Part shown: positions 1-10,625 of the stretch, in pieces | Layout: each line of letters opens with the position of its first letter | How positions within the stretch are numbered: the first letter of the stretch is position 1 | Assembly: GCA_944332295.1 (NCBI GenBank) | Contig: CALVJR010000001.1 | Location: 136,598 to 200,597 of the forward strand | Direction of reading: 5' to 3' | Source: an uncultured Bacilli bacterium | GTDB taxonomy: Bacteria > Bacillota_I > Bacilli_A > RF39 > UBA660 | DNA: 64,000 nt | The notes under the pieces: model-generated | What the model was told of the DNA's origin: nothing | The model's input: only the letters and a program-made list of their open reading frames with translations | The model's database searches: none | Program-made: the position numbers and the translations under genes

Positions 1-322
1 TATTATAAAAACAGCACACATCAAAGAAAAGATAACATCAGATGAAAATATGTCTTTATATAAATTAGATGATGAAGCTGGATCAACTATCGCAACAACA
101 AGAGTCATCGGAAAGTATTCTACAATATATAATAATATTGGAGGAATATTAGATATCTTAGAGTCAAGATTAGGATTCTTATTACTAGTTATTTTACCTA
201 TTCTTTTAATCTTTATGTATCAAATATATGCTTTGATTATAGTGATTAAATACGGAGAAGAAGAAGCAGAAGAAGAATTAAAACAAAAAAAGCAAAAAGA
301 AAAAGAAATAGAGTTACTATAA
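1..322 (+). CDS. 3' part of a SipW-like signal peptidase I (begins before the window)
   Basis: Frame is open from the window edge. VIGKY...GGILDIL followed by GFLLLVILPILLIF resembles the C-terminus of the SipW at 6370. Confidence 0.6.
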   Translation, partial: IIKTAHIKEKITSDENMSLYKLDDEAGSTIATTRVIGKYSTIYNNIGGILDILESRLGFLLLVILPILLIFMYQIYALIIVIKYGEEEAEEELKQKKQKEKEIELL

Positions 323-350
323 AGATTAAGCAATTAATCTTTTTCTTTTT
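322..350 (+). terminator. Probable intrinsic terminator
   Basis: AAGATTAA/TTAATCTT stem followed by a T-tract directly after the stop codon. Confidence 0.55.
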
Positions 351-396
351 GTAAACAAAAGGTTGTGTTATAATATCATTAGAAAGGTAGAATAAG

Positions 397-975
397 ATGA
401 AAATAGTAAAAAAACATAAAATGATAGCTTTAGTAATAGTAATATTAATCTGTCTTTTATATCTAAAAGGTAATAGTACTTATACATCTTATGAATCAGA
501 AGTAACAGGAAATGTAGAAAGTGATATTGCAGACTGGAAAATCAAAGTAAATGATACCTTGATTACGACGGAAAATGAACAAGTAATTAATATTGATTCT
601 ATAAGTTGGGAAACCAATCATACAAGAGATGGAAAAGCATCTCCTGGTGCATCAGGAACCATAGAGATAACGATAGACCCTACCTCAACAGGAGTAGCTT
701 TTAACTATGAATTAACAGTAATTGACCAAACGGTAGATCCTACAAAAATATTAGTAGTAAATGAAATAGATACAGACGTAGGAAAATTTGAAAAAATAGA
801 TAATACTTATTATGGTAGTATGTCACTTGATAATATCAAAGCAGGAAAAAAAGAAAAACTAACGATGCATGTAAAATGGGAAGACCATGGCGAAGACACA
901 GTGGTAGTACCAGGGGATGAACCAACAACTTCAGATTTTATCGAAATGAGTTTTAAAGTCGCACAGAAAAAATAA
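397..975 (+). CDS. Secreted protein with SipW-class signal peptide (TasA/camelysin-like)
   Basis: Basic N-terminus, hydrophobic helix, STYTSYES cleavage-like motif. IADWKIKVN and ASPGASG are shared with the paralog at 7720. Confidence 0.6.
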   Translation: MKIVKKHKMIALVIVILICLLYLKGNSTYTSYESEVTGNVESDIADWKIKVNDTLITTENEQVINIDSISWETNHTRDGKASPGASGTIEITIDPTSTGVAFNYELTVIDQTVDPTKILVVNEIDTDVGKFEKIDNTYYGSMSLDNIKAGKKEKLTMHVKWEDHGEDTVVVPGDEPTTSDFIEMSFKVAQKK

Positions 976-986
976 GGAGGAAAAAT

Positions 987-1625
987 ATGCTAAAGGAAAA
1001 GCACAAACTTAAAATATTAAATAAATTTAAAAAAGAAAATATAGCATATTTTGAAGAAAAGAAAAGATTTATAATTGTTATTTTAGTGATGTTCCTAATT
1101 ATTTTTATTGCAGTAAAACTATTTCAAATAGCCTATGCCTCATATGAATCAACAGCAAAATTAAATGCAAATATTGAAAAAGCAGTTTATATATTAAAAG
1201 AAGGAGGAATGGATTTTAATATTGATTTAGATAAAATAGAACCTTCTCCAGATCCTTATATATATAAGTTTAGTATTTCAAACTTTAATGGAAATAAGCA
1301 CAGTGATGTAGATATCGAATACAGTATATCCATTACAACCACAACCAATCTACCATTAACATATGAATTATATAGAAATGAAAATTATGATGATGAGAAT
1401 GCAACCAATCTATTTAAAGATATGACAGTAAAGCAAGATGCAGATGGTGCTTGGTATAACTATTTTGAAGGAAAAGAATTATATTATTTTCCATACGAAG
1501 AAGATCTAACAGATATATATACATTAGTAATCTATTTTAAAGAAGAAAATAAGATGACAACAGATTATGCAGATAGTCTAGAAAATATTGAGGTAAAATT
1601 ACAGTCACATCAAGTAACAGAATAG
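987..1625 (+). CDS. Secreted protein with SipW-class signal peptide
   Basis: TM helix then IAYASYES, beta-rich body, AAGGAGG SD. Confidence 0.55.
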   Translation: MLKEKHKLKILNKFKKENIAYFEEKKRFIIVILVMFLIIFIAVKLFQIAYASYESTAKLNANIEKAVYILKEGGMDFNIDLDKIEPSPDPYIYKFSISNFNGNKHSDVDIEYSISITTTTNLPLTYELYRNENYDDENATNLFKDMTVKQDADGAWYNYFEGKELYYFPYEEDLTDIYTLVIYFKEENKMTTDYADSLENIEVKLQSHQVTE

Positions 1626-1634
1626 AGGTGTAAT

Positions 1635-2567
1635 ATGAATTTTATAAGAACTCATAAAAAGTTAAGTATCATAGTATTAATCATCGCAATAATATTGTTT
1701 CTTTATGGTACTACATTAGCTCGATACATCTATAATGCAATTCATAATTATATCTTAGAAAGTAAAGAATTTTATTTTAATAGTACAGTATTAGATATGA
1801 ATACAAAACAATTTAGAATTAATAATTGGGACGGTGTTAATGACTATGTATTAACAATAGACGTAAATAATAAGAAAAACTCACTAAAAAGTACACCTAG
1901 TGACATCTCTTACAAGATAGAAGTATCCTGTCCAGATACAGTAGAGTGTAAACTAAGTAAAACAGAAGGCATTATTTATCAAACAGCCGGAACGGATAGT
2001 TATCAAGTAACAGTAATACCAAAAGACAATTTCTATGAAGGGGATGAAGTAGAAGTAACAACTACTGCAACCTCAACATCTCCATATGTAAAATCACTAT
2101 CAGCAACTTATACCATTGGTATTGAAACAAGTAATTTTACTTATGATATAACAGATGCAAAGAATGACAAGTTTTTAACATTAAATTTAACAAATGCTCT
2201 AACATACTACAAGGTAGAAAAATCATTTGGAGCATATCAAGAAGGGGACAGACTTTCAACCGAAGAATATCAAGCATTAACAGAAGAAGAAAAAGCAAAC
2301 TGTTTTTCAGCAAAAGTAACTTTATCTATTCCGACAAGAGAAATATATTTAGACATGACAAACAAGAATTACTTAGCAAAAATAGCTGGTTCAGAAAAAA
2401 CAGAGACCATAGATAATTTTAATTATGTAAAAGAATTTACTTTTAAAATGGATGCTAGTTCCAGTGAAAAAGTAATATTTTATAAAGAAGATATTACAAA
2501 AGATTATACATATCCCATAGTAAATGAGGAATCCATAGTAACAGTAACCGTAGAAACTGCAGAATAG
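1635..2567 (+). CDS. Secreted protein with SipW-class signal peptide
   Basis: TM helix then TTLARY. Thr-rich, beta-sandwich-like body. Confidence 0.55.
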   Translation: MNFIRTHKKLSIIVLIIAIILFLYGTTLARYIYNAIHNYILESKEFYFNSTVLDMNTKQFRINNWDGVNDYVLTIDVNNKKNSLKSTPSDISYKIEVSCPDTVECKLSKTEGIIYQTAGTDSYQVTVIPKDNFYEGDEVEVTTTATSTSPYVKSLSATYTIGIETSNFTYDITDAKNDKFLTLNLTNALTYYKVEKSFGAYQEGDRLSTEEYQALTEEEKANCFSAKVTLSIPTREIYLDMTNKNYLAKIAGSEKTETIDNFNYVKEFTFKMDASSSEKVIFYKEDITKDYTYPIVNEESIVTVTVETAE

Positions 2568-2630
2568 GCTTTGAAAGAAAAAAGATATGTGTTATAATTT
2601 ACCTAGCATAAAATAAGGAGGAGAAAAGAT

Positions 2631-3689
2631 ATGAACTTAGTAACTAAATTTTTAGAATATAAGAAAAATAAACTAGTTTCGTACGGACTAGCACTTTTCT
2701 CCGAAACTGAATATCATGATTTTTTAGTAGAGTGCTTAAAAAAATATATCAATAATTATATAGAAGTGAAATATCATCAACAGTTTGAAACCGTATCTGA
2801 TAATTCTGAAGTAACAAAAGAAGTAATAGAAGAAGAACAGACTGGAATGAGACTAGAACTATTAGATGACCTATCAGTAAAAGAAATTATCGAAACAAAC
2901 GAAGGATATATTAGAAAACAAGAACTAATTAATGTCGCAGCAACAATTGCTAAAACTATAATAAGAATAGATACTTTAGACTTAACAGAAGAAAATAAGG
3001 ATGAAAAACTAGATAGAGTATTAAAAGAAGCAAATAAAGAATTCCCTCTACGCCAAAATGCCAAAACATTAATCGTAAAAATATGGCGAGAAGAAGAGGG
3101 AACAATAAAAAAGATATTAACACCAAAAGAAAGTTTTACTCTAAACTTAATATCATATGAGGGCAATATAAAAGAAGTAAAATTAACTCCTCAAATAAAG
3201 CAATTAAATATCTATAAAAAAAGTCTAGTAGAAAGAGTTTATCAAGAAGAAAAAGTAACATATGAAAAAATAAAATTAATGATAATCTTGTTAAATCAAT
3301 TAGTATTAGAAAAAATAATAAAAAAAGAAGAAATAGAAAATTACATGGTAATCATTCCCGATGAAATATGGACAAAAAAGCAAAAAATGGATGCGATATA
3401 CGAACTATTAGATGACAAAATCCTAAAAGAACATATTTTATTAGGAATTACTTATAACACATTAATTAGTAATAAGACAATACAAGAAAAAAGAAAAGAA
3501 AAATATAAGTTTATCTGTCTCCAAGATTTTACACACATTAATGATATTCCAACCAAAATAAGTAATATTGATACTTCTAATTTATTTGATTATTTAATGG
3601 TAACATCATACAAAGATAAAGACTTTAAAGAGTTTGAAAATATAGAAGTAACGACAATGAAAGGAATTTTATTTAGTAAGGAAGGTTAA
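2631..3689 (+). CDS. Hypothetical cytoplasmic protein, first gene of the AAA+ operon
   Basis: 352-aa ORF, AAGGAGG SD, upstream TGnTATAAT. Ends 2 bp before the AAA+ gene. Confidence 0.7.
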   Translation: MNLVTKFLEYKKNKLVSYGLALFSETEYHDFLVECLKKYINNYIEVKYHQQFETVSDNSEVTKEVIEEEQTGMRLELLDDLSVKEIIETNEGYIRKQELINVAATIAKTIIRIDTLDLTEENKDEKLDRVLKEANKEFPLRQNAKTLIVKIWREEEGTIKKILTPKESFTLNLISYEGNIKEVKLTPQIKQLNIYKKSLVERVYQEEKVTYEKIKLMIILLNQLVLEKIIKKEEIENYMVIIPDEIWTKKQKMDAIYELLDDKILKEHILLGITYNTLISNKTIQEKRKEKYKFICLQDFTHINDIPTKISNIDTSNLFDYLMVTSYKDKDFKEFENIEVTTMKGILFSKEG

Positions 3690-3691
3690 GT

Positions 3692-5233
3692 ATGAATACA
3701 TTTATAAGGTTTTTATATGAATTTATGTCTGTTTTCTTTAATGGTCTTTATACCATAGGTAAAGGAATTGTATCTGGAATTGCTCAAATGTTTAATATTA
3801 GTGAGTATTTATACATCATACAATTTTATAAAAATGATTTTAATGTATCAGAATGGGTACTAGTAATTATTGCGATTATCGTATTAATCATATTATTAGG
3901 ATTAATACTAGTCTTAGGCTGGTTACTAATTAGAAAATATATTAGATTTAGAAAAACATTAGTAGAGCAAGAATCAATGTTAGCAGAAATCGGAGAATTA
4001 AATAAAAAAGTAGCAAGCCTAGTAAAAGAAAAAGAAGAAATACTAGCAATGAAAGTATCTCAATTAGGACTAAAACCAGGGGAAGCAGAAATATTGGATG
4101 AAAAAGAAAATAAAGAAAAACAAGACGAAGTAGAAACATTAGAAGATGATGGAAATTATCGTTTCTCTAAACTACATGCTATTGACTTACAATTTAAAGA
4201 TTATAAAGTACAAAATTATAATAATACATTCACTCTAGAAGAATTAGTAGAATTATTTAGAAACTTTGCCGCATCAAAATTAAGACTGTATTATACAACG
4301 AATATGATAAGATTATTTATCTCATCACTATCCGCAACAAAACTAGTAATACTACAAGGTATTTCTGGTACTGGTAAAACATCTCTTGCTTATGCCTGGG
4401 GAAAATTTATAAAACGAGATGCCATTATCGCATCAGTACAACCATCTTGGAGAGACCGTACGGAGTTATTTGGTTACTTCAACGAATTTACAAAGAAATT
4501 TAATGAAACAGATGTCCTAAAAGGAATGTATACAGCAGGCTATACAGATGATGTTTATGTAACTGTACTAGATGAAATGAACATTGCTCGTGTCGAATAT
4601 TATTTCGCAGAAATGTTATCTATTCTGGAAATGCCTAGCCGTGATGAATGGGTAATTGAATTAGTTCCAAGTAGCTGGGATAATGATCCAAAAAAATTAA
4701 AAAATGGAAAATTACAAATTCCAGGAAACATGTGGTATATAGGAACAATCAACAACGATGACTCTACATTCGCAGTAACAGATAAAGTATACGACCGTGC
4801 TATGCCAATCGATATCAATGACAAAGGGCAACCATTTACACCAACAGATACCGAAGCAATGAATATAAATAGTTCTTATCTAGAAAGTTTATTTGCTGAG
4901 GCAAAACAAAAACATCCTCTATCAGAAGAGATGGAAAGAAAAATTAATGAAATGGATGACTATGTAATCAAACATTTCCGTATTGCCTTCGGTAACCGTA
5001 TCGTAAAACAAATGCGAGACTTTGTCGCAACTTATATTGAATGTGGTGGAACCGAAGTAGATGGAGTAGATTATTATATCGCAAGAAAGATATTAAGAAA
5101 ATTTGAACAATTAAATCTAGCATATATCAGAGATGAAATCGATGGCTTTATCGATTATCTAAATAAAACATTTGGAAAAGATAACTTTAACGAATGTAAA
5201 GACTACTTATTAAGATTAAAGAAATTAGTATAG
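3692..5233 (+). CDS. Membrane-anchored McrB-like AAA+ (AAA_5) NTPase
   Basis: Walker A GISGTGKT, SVQPSW..ELFGYFN, Walker B VLDEMNIAR, McrB-like GTINNDDST, DKVYDRA. N-terminal hydrophobic helices plus coiled coil. Confidence 0.85.
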   Translation: MNTFIRFLYEFMSVFFNGLYTIGKGIVSGIAQMFNISEYLYIIQFYKNDFNVSEWVLVIIAIIVLIILLGLILVLGWLLIRKYIRFRKTLVEQESMLAEIGELNKKVASLVKEKEEILAMKVSQLGLKPGEAEILDEKENKEKQDEVETLEDDGNYRFSKLHAIDLQFKDYKVQNYNNTFTLEELVELFRNFAASKLRLYYTTNMIRLFISSLSATKLVILQGISGTGKTSLAYAWGKFIKRDAIIASVQPSWRDRTELFGYFNEFTKKFNETDVLKGMYTAGYTDDVYVTVLDEMNIARVEYYFAEMLSILEMPSRDEWVIELVPSSWDNDPKKLKNGKLQIPGNMWYIGTINNDDSTFAVTDKVYDRAMPIDINDKGQPFTPTDTEAMNINSSYLESLFAEAKQKHPLSEEMERKINEMDDYVIKHFRIAFGNRIVKQMRDFVATYIECGGTEVDGVDYYIARKILRKFEQLNLAYIRDEIDGFIDYLNKTFGKDNFNECKDYLLRLKKLV

Positions 5234-5251
5234 AATAAAGGAGGGTAACAT

Positions 5252-6376
5252 ATGGAAGATGAAATTGAACTATTAGAAGAAACCACAAATAGTGATATAT
5301 TTTTAAATAATATAAATGCAATATTATCAGTAAAAAAAGATTATGAAAAAAAAGAATATGACTATGAATGGATTGATATGATAGATGAGACTCTTCCATA
5401 TCTAGACAATATTCTAAGAAATCCTAAAAGATTTATTATCAATGAGGAAGAAGTAGTACAAGTAGAAAAATCAAAGAAAGTAACTGTAGAAAGTATTATT
5501 CACTTAACACAACATACCAACTATATTCAAAAAATAGAAGATAATGGTGATGTAAAACCATCCAAAATATTAAATATTAATAAAGAGGAAAGTCTAGATA
5601 CTTATGAAAACAGATTTGTCTATACATTAATTAATAATACAAGAACTTTCTTTGAACAAAGAAAAGCAGTAACGGGAGATTTTTCTTATTTCAAGGATAA
5701 AAAAGAATTAAAATATGAAGCAAATACTCAAATTGGTACGGAAGAAGTAGAACTATCTCTAAATATATCATCTAGAAATGAAGCAAAATTAGAAACAGAA
5801 AAGAAAGACTCTAATGAATCAGTAGCGGATAGACTAAAAAGAATAAAAATACAACTAGATGGATTTACGGGAACAGAACTAATGCAAACGCTATCAAGAT
5901 TACATGTATCACCCGTACGTTCTCCCATTAGAAAAACAAACGTTATCTTAAAAAATCCTAACTTCCAAAAAGCAGAAGCTCTATGGAATTATATTCAAAT
6001 GTATGAAGAAAAAAATGTAAATGAAAAAGAACATAAAGATTATTATGATGAAAGTAATCTAAAAAGAGAATATAACAAAGCATTTCTAGAACTATATCTA
6101 GCAAATAAAGTTCTAGACTATGAAGCAAAACTATTAACAGAAAAGAAACTGTTGCAACAATTAATAAATCGTATGATTGAAAACATATTAGACTCTAATT
6201 CCGAAATGACAGAAAAAACCATCAAAGAATTATTTGAACAGCAATTAAAATTAATAAAAGAAGCAAATGAAGAAAAGAAGAAAAAAATTAGAAAGATATT
6301 ATTAGAAAAGCTAGAAACAGAACAAAATAATTATATAAAAGACTGGAACATACTAGAGGAGACGAGAATATGTTAA
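5252..6376 (+). CDS. DUF2357 / McrC-like partner protein
   Basis: DTYENRFV motif typical of DUF2357/McrC N-domains, directly downstream of the McrB-like gene. C-terminus looks coiled-coil. Confidence 0.7.
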   Translation: MEDEIELLEETTNSDIFLNNINAILSVKKDYEKKEYDYEWIDMIDETLPYLDNILRNPKRFIINEEEVVQVEKSKKVTVESIIHLTQHTNYIQKIEDNGDVKPSKILNINKEESLDTYENRFVYTLINNTRTFFEQRKAVTGDFSYFKDKKELKYEANTQIGTEEVELSLNISSRNEAKLETEKKDSNESVADRLKRIKIQLDGFTGTELMQTLSRLHVSPVRSPIRKTNVILKNPNFQKAEALWNYIQMYEEKNVNEKEHKDYYDESNLKREYNKAFLELYLANKVLDYEAKLLTEKKLLQQLINRMIENILDSNSEMTEKTIKELFEQQLKLIKEANEEKKKKIRKILLEKLETEQNNYIKDWNILEETRIC

Positions 6377-6960
6377 GAAAGATATTAGATAGCAAATACT
6401 TTCAGATTCCATATAGAATAATAAAAGCAATAATTATTATTGTAATGGTAACATATGTAACTTTCGTGGTTGTTCAAAGAGTAAGTGGAAATAAAAGTAT
6501 TTTTGGTTATCGTATTTTTACAGTTGCAACTGGAAGTATGATTCCTGACTATGAAATAAATGATGTTTTAGCAATCAAAGAAGTAAACTCAGACGAATTA
6601 GAGGTAGGAGATGATATTACTTATCTCGGAAAAAAATTAGATGTTAATGGAAAAATAGTTACCCATAGAATTATTAATATAAAAATAGAGGACGGAAAGA
6701 AAGAATTTATAACGAAGGGTGTAAACTCTTCAGCAGAAGATCCTGCCATAACAGATGATCAAATCTATGGTAAAGTAATAGGAAAAATTCCTGTTATAAC
6801 CACAATCAATCATATTATAAAAAATCAATATGGCTTCTTCTTCCTAATCTTTCTTCCTTTAGTAACGGTAATCTTTTTAGAAATTGCTGATACAGTAACG
6901 GAAATAAAATTAGAAAAAAAGAAGGTTGAGGATAATGAAGATGTGGAAGAAATTATTTAA
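6370..6960 (+). CDS. sipW: Signal peptidase I, SipW (S26B) type
   Basis: VATGSMIP (catalytic Ser), VGDDITY, VTHRI (His), ITKG..S..ED. N- and C-terminal TM helices. Confidence 0.88.
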   Translation: MLRKILDSKYFQIPYRIIKAIIIIVMVTYVTFVVVQRVSGNKSIFGYRIFTVATGSMIPDYEINDVLAIKEVNSDELEVGDDITYLGKKLDVNGKIVTHRIINIKIEDGKKEFITKGVNSSAEDPAITDDQIYGKVIGKIPVITTINHIIKNQYGFFFLIFLPLVTVIFLEIADTVTEIKLEKKKVEDNEDVEEII

Positions 6961-7693
6961 ATTAGATCAACCAGTAAATGAAAGAAGAAAAAGTAGAAGA
7001 AAAACCATTGTAAGAAGTATATTACTAATCGCTTTTTTACTAATAATCAATACGTTTGCATGGTTTACTTATATTTCAAAAGCTAATTTATCTCTTAATG
7101 GAAGCGTAGTATCCTGGGAAGTAAGTTTCTTAGATCAAAATAGTATCATAAAAGATATAAATATTGCAATTACAGATATGAAGCCAGGAATGATGCAATT
7201 TGCAAAAACAATTGATATCGTAAATAACAGTGACGTAGCTGCCCAATTTACATATAAAATAACATCAGTAGAGTTACTAGGAACCAAAATATTCGAAGGA
7301 GAAGAAACGGAGACAATTAAACAAAAATTAGAGCAAGAGTTTCCTTTTACGTTAAAGATGATAGTAGGAAAACAAGATTTAGATTTAACTGATACAAGTA
7401 GTTTCGAAGTAACAATGGACTGGACTTATGAAGAAGATAAATATTATAAAGTAAACAGTCTATATACATATGATCCAGCAGTTAATTACTATGTGTTAAT
7501 AAATGATACTTACCAAGTAGATAGTACCGTAACAGAAGAAAATTTCCAGTCTAAAGTACAAACTGGAATATATTTAGCAAAAGATGATGCAGATAGTTTC
7601 TTCGGTTATGCCTGTGGCAATTATGAAAAAAATACCAAGAAACCATGTATGGATGTCCATATAGAATTAGAAGTGAGTCAAAGAACTCCATAA
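6926..7693 (+). CDS. Secreted protein with SipW-class signal peptide
   Basis: TM helix then NTFAWFT, a canonical SipW-type motif, and MKPG. True start is probably ATG 6935 or 6941. Confidence 0.65.
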   Translation: MRIMKMWKKLFKLDQPVNERRKSRRKTIVRSILLIAFLLIINTFAWFTYISKANLSLNGSVVSWEVSFLDQNSIIKDINIAITDMKPGMMQFAKTIDIVNNSDVAAQFTYKITSVELLGTKIFEGEETETIKQKLEQEFPFTLKMIVGKQDLDLTDTSSFEVTMDWTYEEDKYYKVNSLYTYDPAVNYYVLINDTYQVDSTVTEENFQSKVQTGIYLAKDDADSFFGYACGNYEKNTKKPCMDVHIELEVSQRTP

Positions 7694-7694
7694 A

Positions 7695-7721
7695 AAAGCA
7701 GTTTTATGATAAAACTGCTTT
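7695..7721. terminator. Bidirectional terminator between convergent genes
   Basis: AAAGCAGTTTTA-tga-TAAAACTGCTTT perfect 12-bp inverted repeat. Confidence 0.8.
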
Positions 7722-8325
7722 AATTATTTAACTGACTAAATTGAAGAGTAACACTCATCAATGCTTTACTTTCATCATCAGTAGCAACCTCTGTATCCGC
7801 TTGATTATCCATAGTACCCTCATCATCATCCCATTTTATATAAACCCTAAATACTGTTTGATTAGTATTTTTAGAAATCTGTTGAACAATTCCAGTATCT
7901 GCAGAATAAGTTAATCTCTCATCAGTATCACTAACTGGATTAATGACATAAGATAAAGTCTTTAAATCAGAAACACTAGAATCTACAGAAACATCAGAGT
8001 GCATAGTACATAAAAAGTTAACATCTACATCACTTGCATCAATCGTAATAGTATAATATCCTTCCACACCAGGAGCAATAACTCCTTCTTTCGTATTTTC
8101 AGACTCCAAAAATGTAGGCTCGATAGTAGTAGTTAATGTTTTTTTATTAGCAATATCTTCACCATTAACTTTAATATTCCAATTAGCAATATCAGAAGAA
8201 ACTGTTCCTTCTAGTTGTCTTCGATATTTAGCATAAGAAGATTGAAATAAATAAAGAAGACAACAACTAACTAAAACAATAAACAAAATAACAAATTTTA
8301 TATCCTTTTTCTTAGCATTAGTCAT
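7720..8325 (-). CDS. Secreted protein with SipW-class signal peptide, paralog of 397..975
   Basis: SSYAKY after a TM helix, IANWNIKVN, IAPGVEG, VYIKWDD. Confidence 0.65.
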   Translation of the reverse strand: MTNAKKKDIKFVILFIVLVSCCLLYLFQSSYAKYRRQLEGTVSSDIANWNIKVNGEDIANKKTLTTTIEPTFLESENTKEGVIAPGVEGYYTITIDASDVDVNFLCTMHSDVSVDSSVSDLKTLSYVINPVSDTDERLTYSADTGIVQQISKNTNQTVFRVYIKWDDDEGTMDNQADTEVATDDESKALMSVTLQFSQLNN

Positions 8326-8458
8326 AAGACACCTACCTTACACTTAATTTTATCACAGAATAAAAGAAATAAAAAGTGTGTAAACTAAAAAAACAAATAG
8401 TAAAATTGTTTACTATAGAAAAAAAGATATGATATATTCATAATAAGGATGTGAAAAT

Positions 8459-9301
8459 ATGAAAAAGAAAATAGCGTTAATCATAGGAATGTCTCTAGTA
8501 ACCATATTATTAACAGGGTGTGATGGAACGGTAACAAGAGATATCAGACATGCAGGATTTAATCTATCAAATAATGAGTTCGAATGTAGTGAGTTAATGC
8601 CAATAGGAGATAGTGCAGAACCAAATGACAAAATACTATTTATGAATGAAACTTATGCTATTACAGAAAACGGTAATTTATATGATATATCATTATCTCA
8701 ATCCTATAGCAATAACCAAAATTGTAAACAAATAAATTTTGAACAAGACATCATCGCTTATATGGATAGTAATATTTTAAAAGGGGAAGATAATAAATAT
8801 TATTATGCTCCAGGTACTAACAATACAACCCCGTTAACAGAGGTAACCGCAAACGACAGTAATTATCAACTTTATACATTACTATTGGGAAATGAAAATG
8901 TAAAAAAAGTAATAACAGTAGACTCTAATGCAGGAATTTATTACGTTTTAGAAAATGATGGAGTAGTATACCAATATACAATTACAAGACAAAATTATTC
9001 AGCACCATATACATTAGTATCAAAGGAACCAGTATATGATAAAGGAAAATATGGACAAATTGTAGATTTTAACTATGCTGGAGACTCTACTTCTACTTAT
9101 ATAAAAACCAGTACACAAATTTATCGTATGCAAAAAACAAATGAAGAAGAATGTACAAAATATGCTGATGTAGCATGCAAATATACCATGAAAAAAGACG
9201 AAACACTAACAAAGTACTATAAAACAGAACCCAAAATATTATATTACGGACCATCTATCTTAATTACAACCTACAAAAAAGAATTTACACCAATATCGTA
9301 A
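8459..9301 (+). CDS. Lipoprotein of unknown function
   Basis: Signal peptide with lipobox LLTGC. Confidence 0.75.
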   Translation: MKKKIALIIGMSLVTILLTGCDGTVTRDIRHAGFNLSNNEFECSELMPIGDSAEPNDKILFMNETYAITENGNLYDISLSQSYSNNQNCKQINFEQDIIAYMDSNILKGEDNKYYYAPGTNNTTPLTEVTANDSNYQLYTLLLGNENVKKVITVDSNAGIYYVLENDGVVYQYTITRQNYSAPYTLVSKEPVYDKGKYGQIVDFNYAGDSTSTYIKTSTQIYRMQKTNEEECTKYADVACKYTMKKDETLTKYYKTEPKILYYGPSILITTYKKEFTPIS

Positions 9302-9386
9302 GTTCTTTTTTTGACAAAATTATGTTTGCGTGTTAAAATAACGCAATTAAGAGACGAGGTATATGAGTAAGTGAAAAGGAGAAAAT

Positions 9387-10550
9387 ATGAAAGAAGATAA
9401 AGAGAAAAAAAGAAGTAATTTATTTATAAGTAAACTAAATGAAAAAGATGTAAATCACTTTACATCGGATATAGGATTATTTTTAAGAAGAAAATGTGAT
9501 GTTCCATATAAATTGGCCGCTCATGAAATTTGTGGTGTTCATGTTATAAAGCCATCAACAGAAAACTTACTACCAGATGAAGAATATTTTAATAGTCTAA
9601 GTGAGGAGAAAATTCCTCTTTCAAATTATGATTTAAAAAAAGGAAAACATAATATTATAGTAGAGCGATATCCCAAATTAAATAAAAAAGAACCATATAT
9701 TTTTGTATGTAATCATACCTGTCCCGAAGATATAGAAACAGTACTTAACGTTTTAGATAGAAATGCTTATCTAGTATTAGGATCAGTAAAAACACTAAGA
9801 GAAGAATCAGATGGATATTTAGTATGGTTAAATGGAACAATACCATTTGATATTTCCAATAATAAGGAAAAAAGCACCGTAATTCCTAAAGCAGAACGAG
9901 TATTAAAAACAAACAGCGTTTTAATATTTCCAGAAGCATCTCACAATCTTCATCCTAATAAAATAATCAACAACTTATTTGATGGACCAGTAAATATGGC
10001 CTTATCATCAGGTAGAAAAATAGTACTAGTAAGTTTAATTAGAGATAATGAGAAAAATGTTTCCTATGTAGACGTAAGTAACCCGGTGGATATAACAAGA
10101 TTAAATGAAGAACTAGATGAAGAGTTTTCATATAATGATGAAAATTTACCACCAAAAGAATATAACAAGAAAAAAATAAAAAGAATGACTGCTGAACTTA
10201 GAGATAAAATGGCAACATCAGTAATGCATATCTTATTAAGACATGAAGAAGTGTTAATAAGAAAAGACTATAGAAATATAGAGTCATATCTTAGAACAAT
10301 GAAAATTTATGATTCTACTAAGAAATTACATTGGAAGGAATTTGATGATTTTGAAGGAGAATTTAAAACGAAACAAGTTCCTGCCGAACAAACGCATCAA
10401 CAGGTTATTAGCAATCTAGCAAACCTAGCAGCAACAAAAAATGTTGGCTTTGATCAAAGTAGTTGGATAACACTAGCAGACGATTTAGAAAACAAAGATG
10501 CACCAAAAGTGATGAAAAAATATGTAAAACAGTTAACTAAGTTAAAATAA
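9387..10550 (+). CDS. PlsC-like lysophospholipid acyltransferase family protein
   Basis: CNHTCPED (HX4D) and IFPEAS motifs. Confidence 0.75.
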   Translation: MKEDKEKKRSNLFISKLNEKDVNHFTSDIGLFLRRKCDVPYKLAAHEICGVHVIKPSTENLLPDEEYFNSLSEEKIPLSNYDLKKGKHNIIVERYPKLNKKEPYIFVCNHTCPEDIETVLNVLDRNAYLVLGSVKTLREESDGYLVWLNGTIPFDISNNKEKSTVIPKAERVLKTNSVLIFPEASHNLHPNKIINNLFDGPVNMALSSGRKIVLVSLIRDNEKNVSYVDVSNPVDITRLNEELDEEFSYNDENLPPKEYNKKKIKRMTAELRDKMATSVMHILLRHEEVLIRKDYRNIESYLRTMKIYDSTKKLHWKEFDDFEGEFKTKQVPAEQTHQQVISNLANLAATKNVGFDQSSWITLADDLENKDAPKVMKKYVKQLTKLK

Positions 10551-10625
10551 GAAATATTTAAAAACTCAAATTATCATTGCCAAAACTACTAATTTTTATT
10601 AATATATAATCAGAGGCGGTATATA

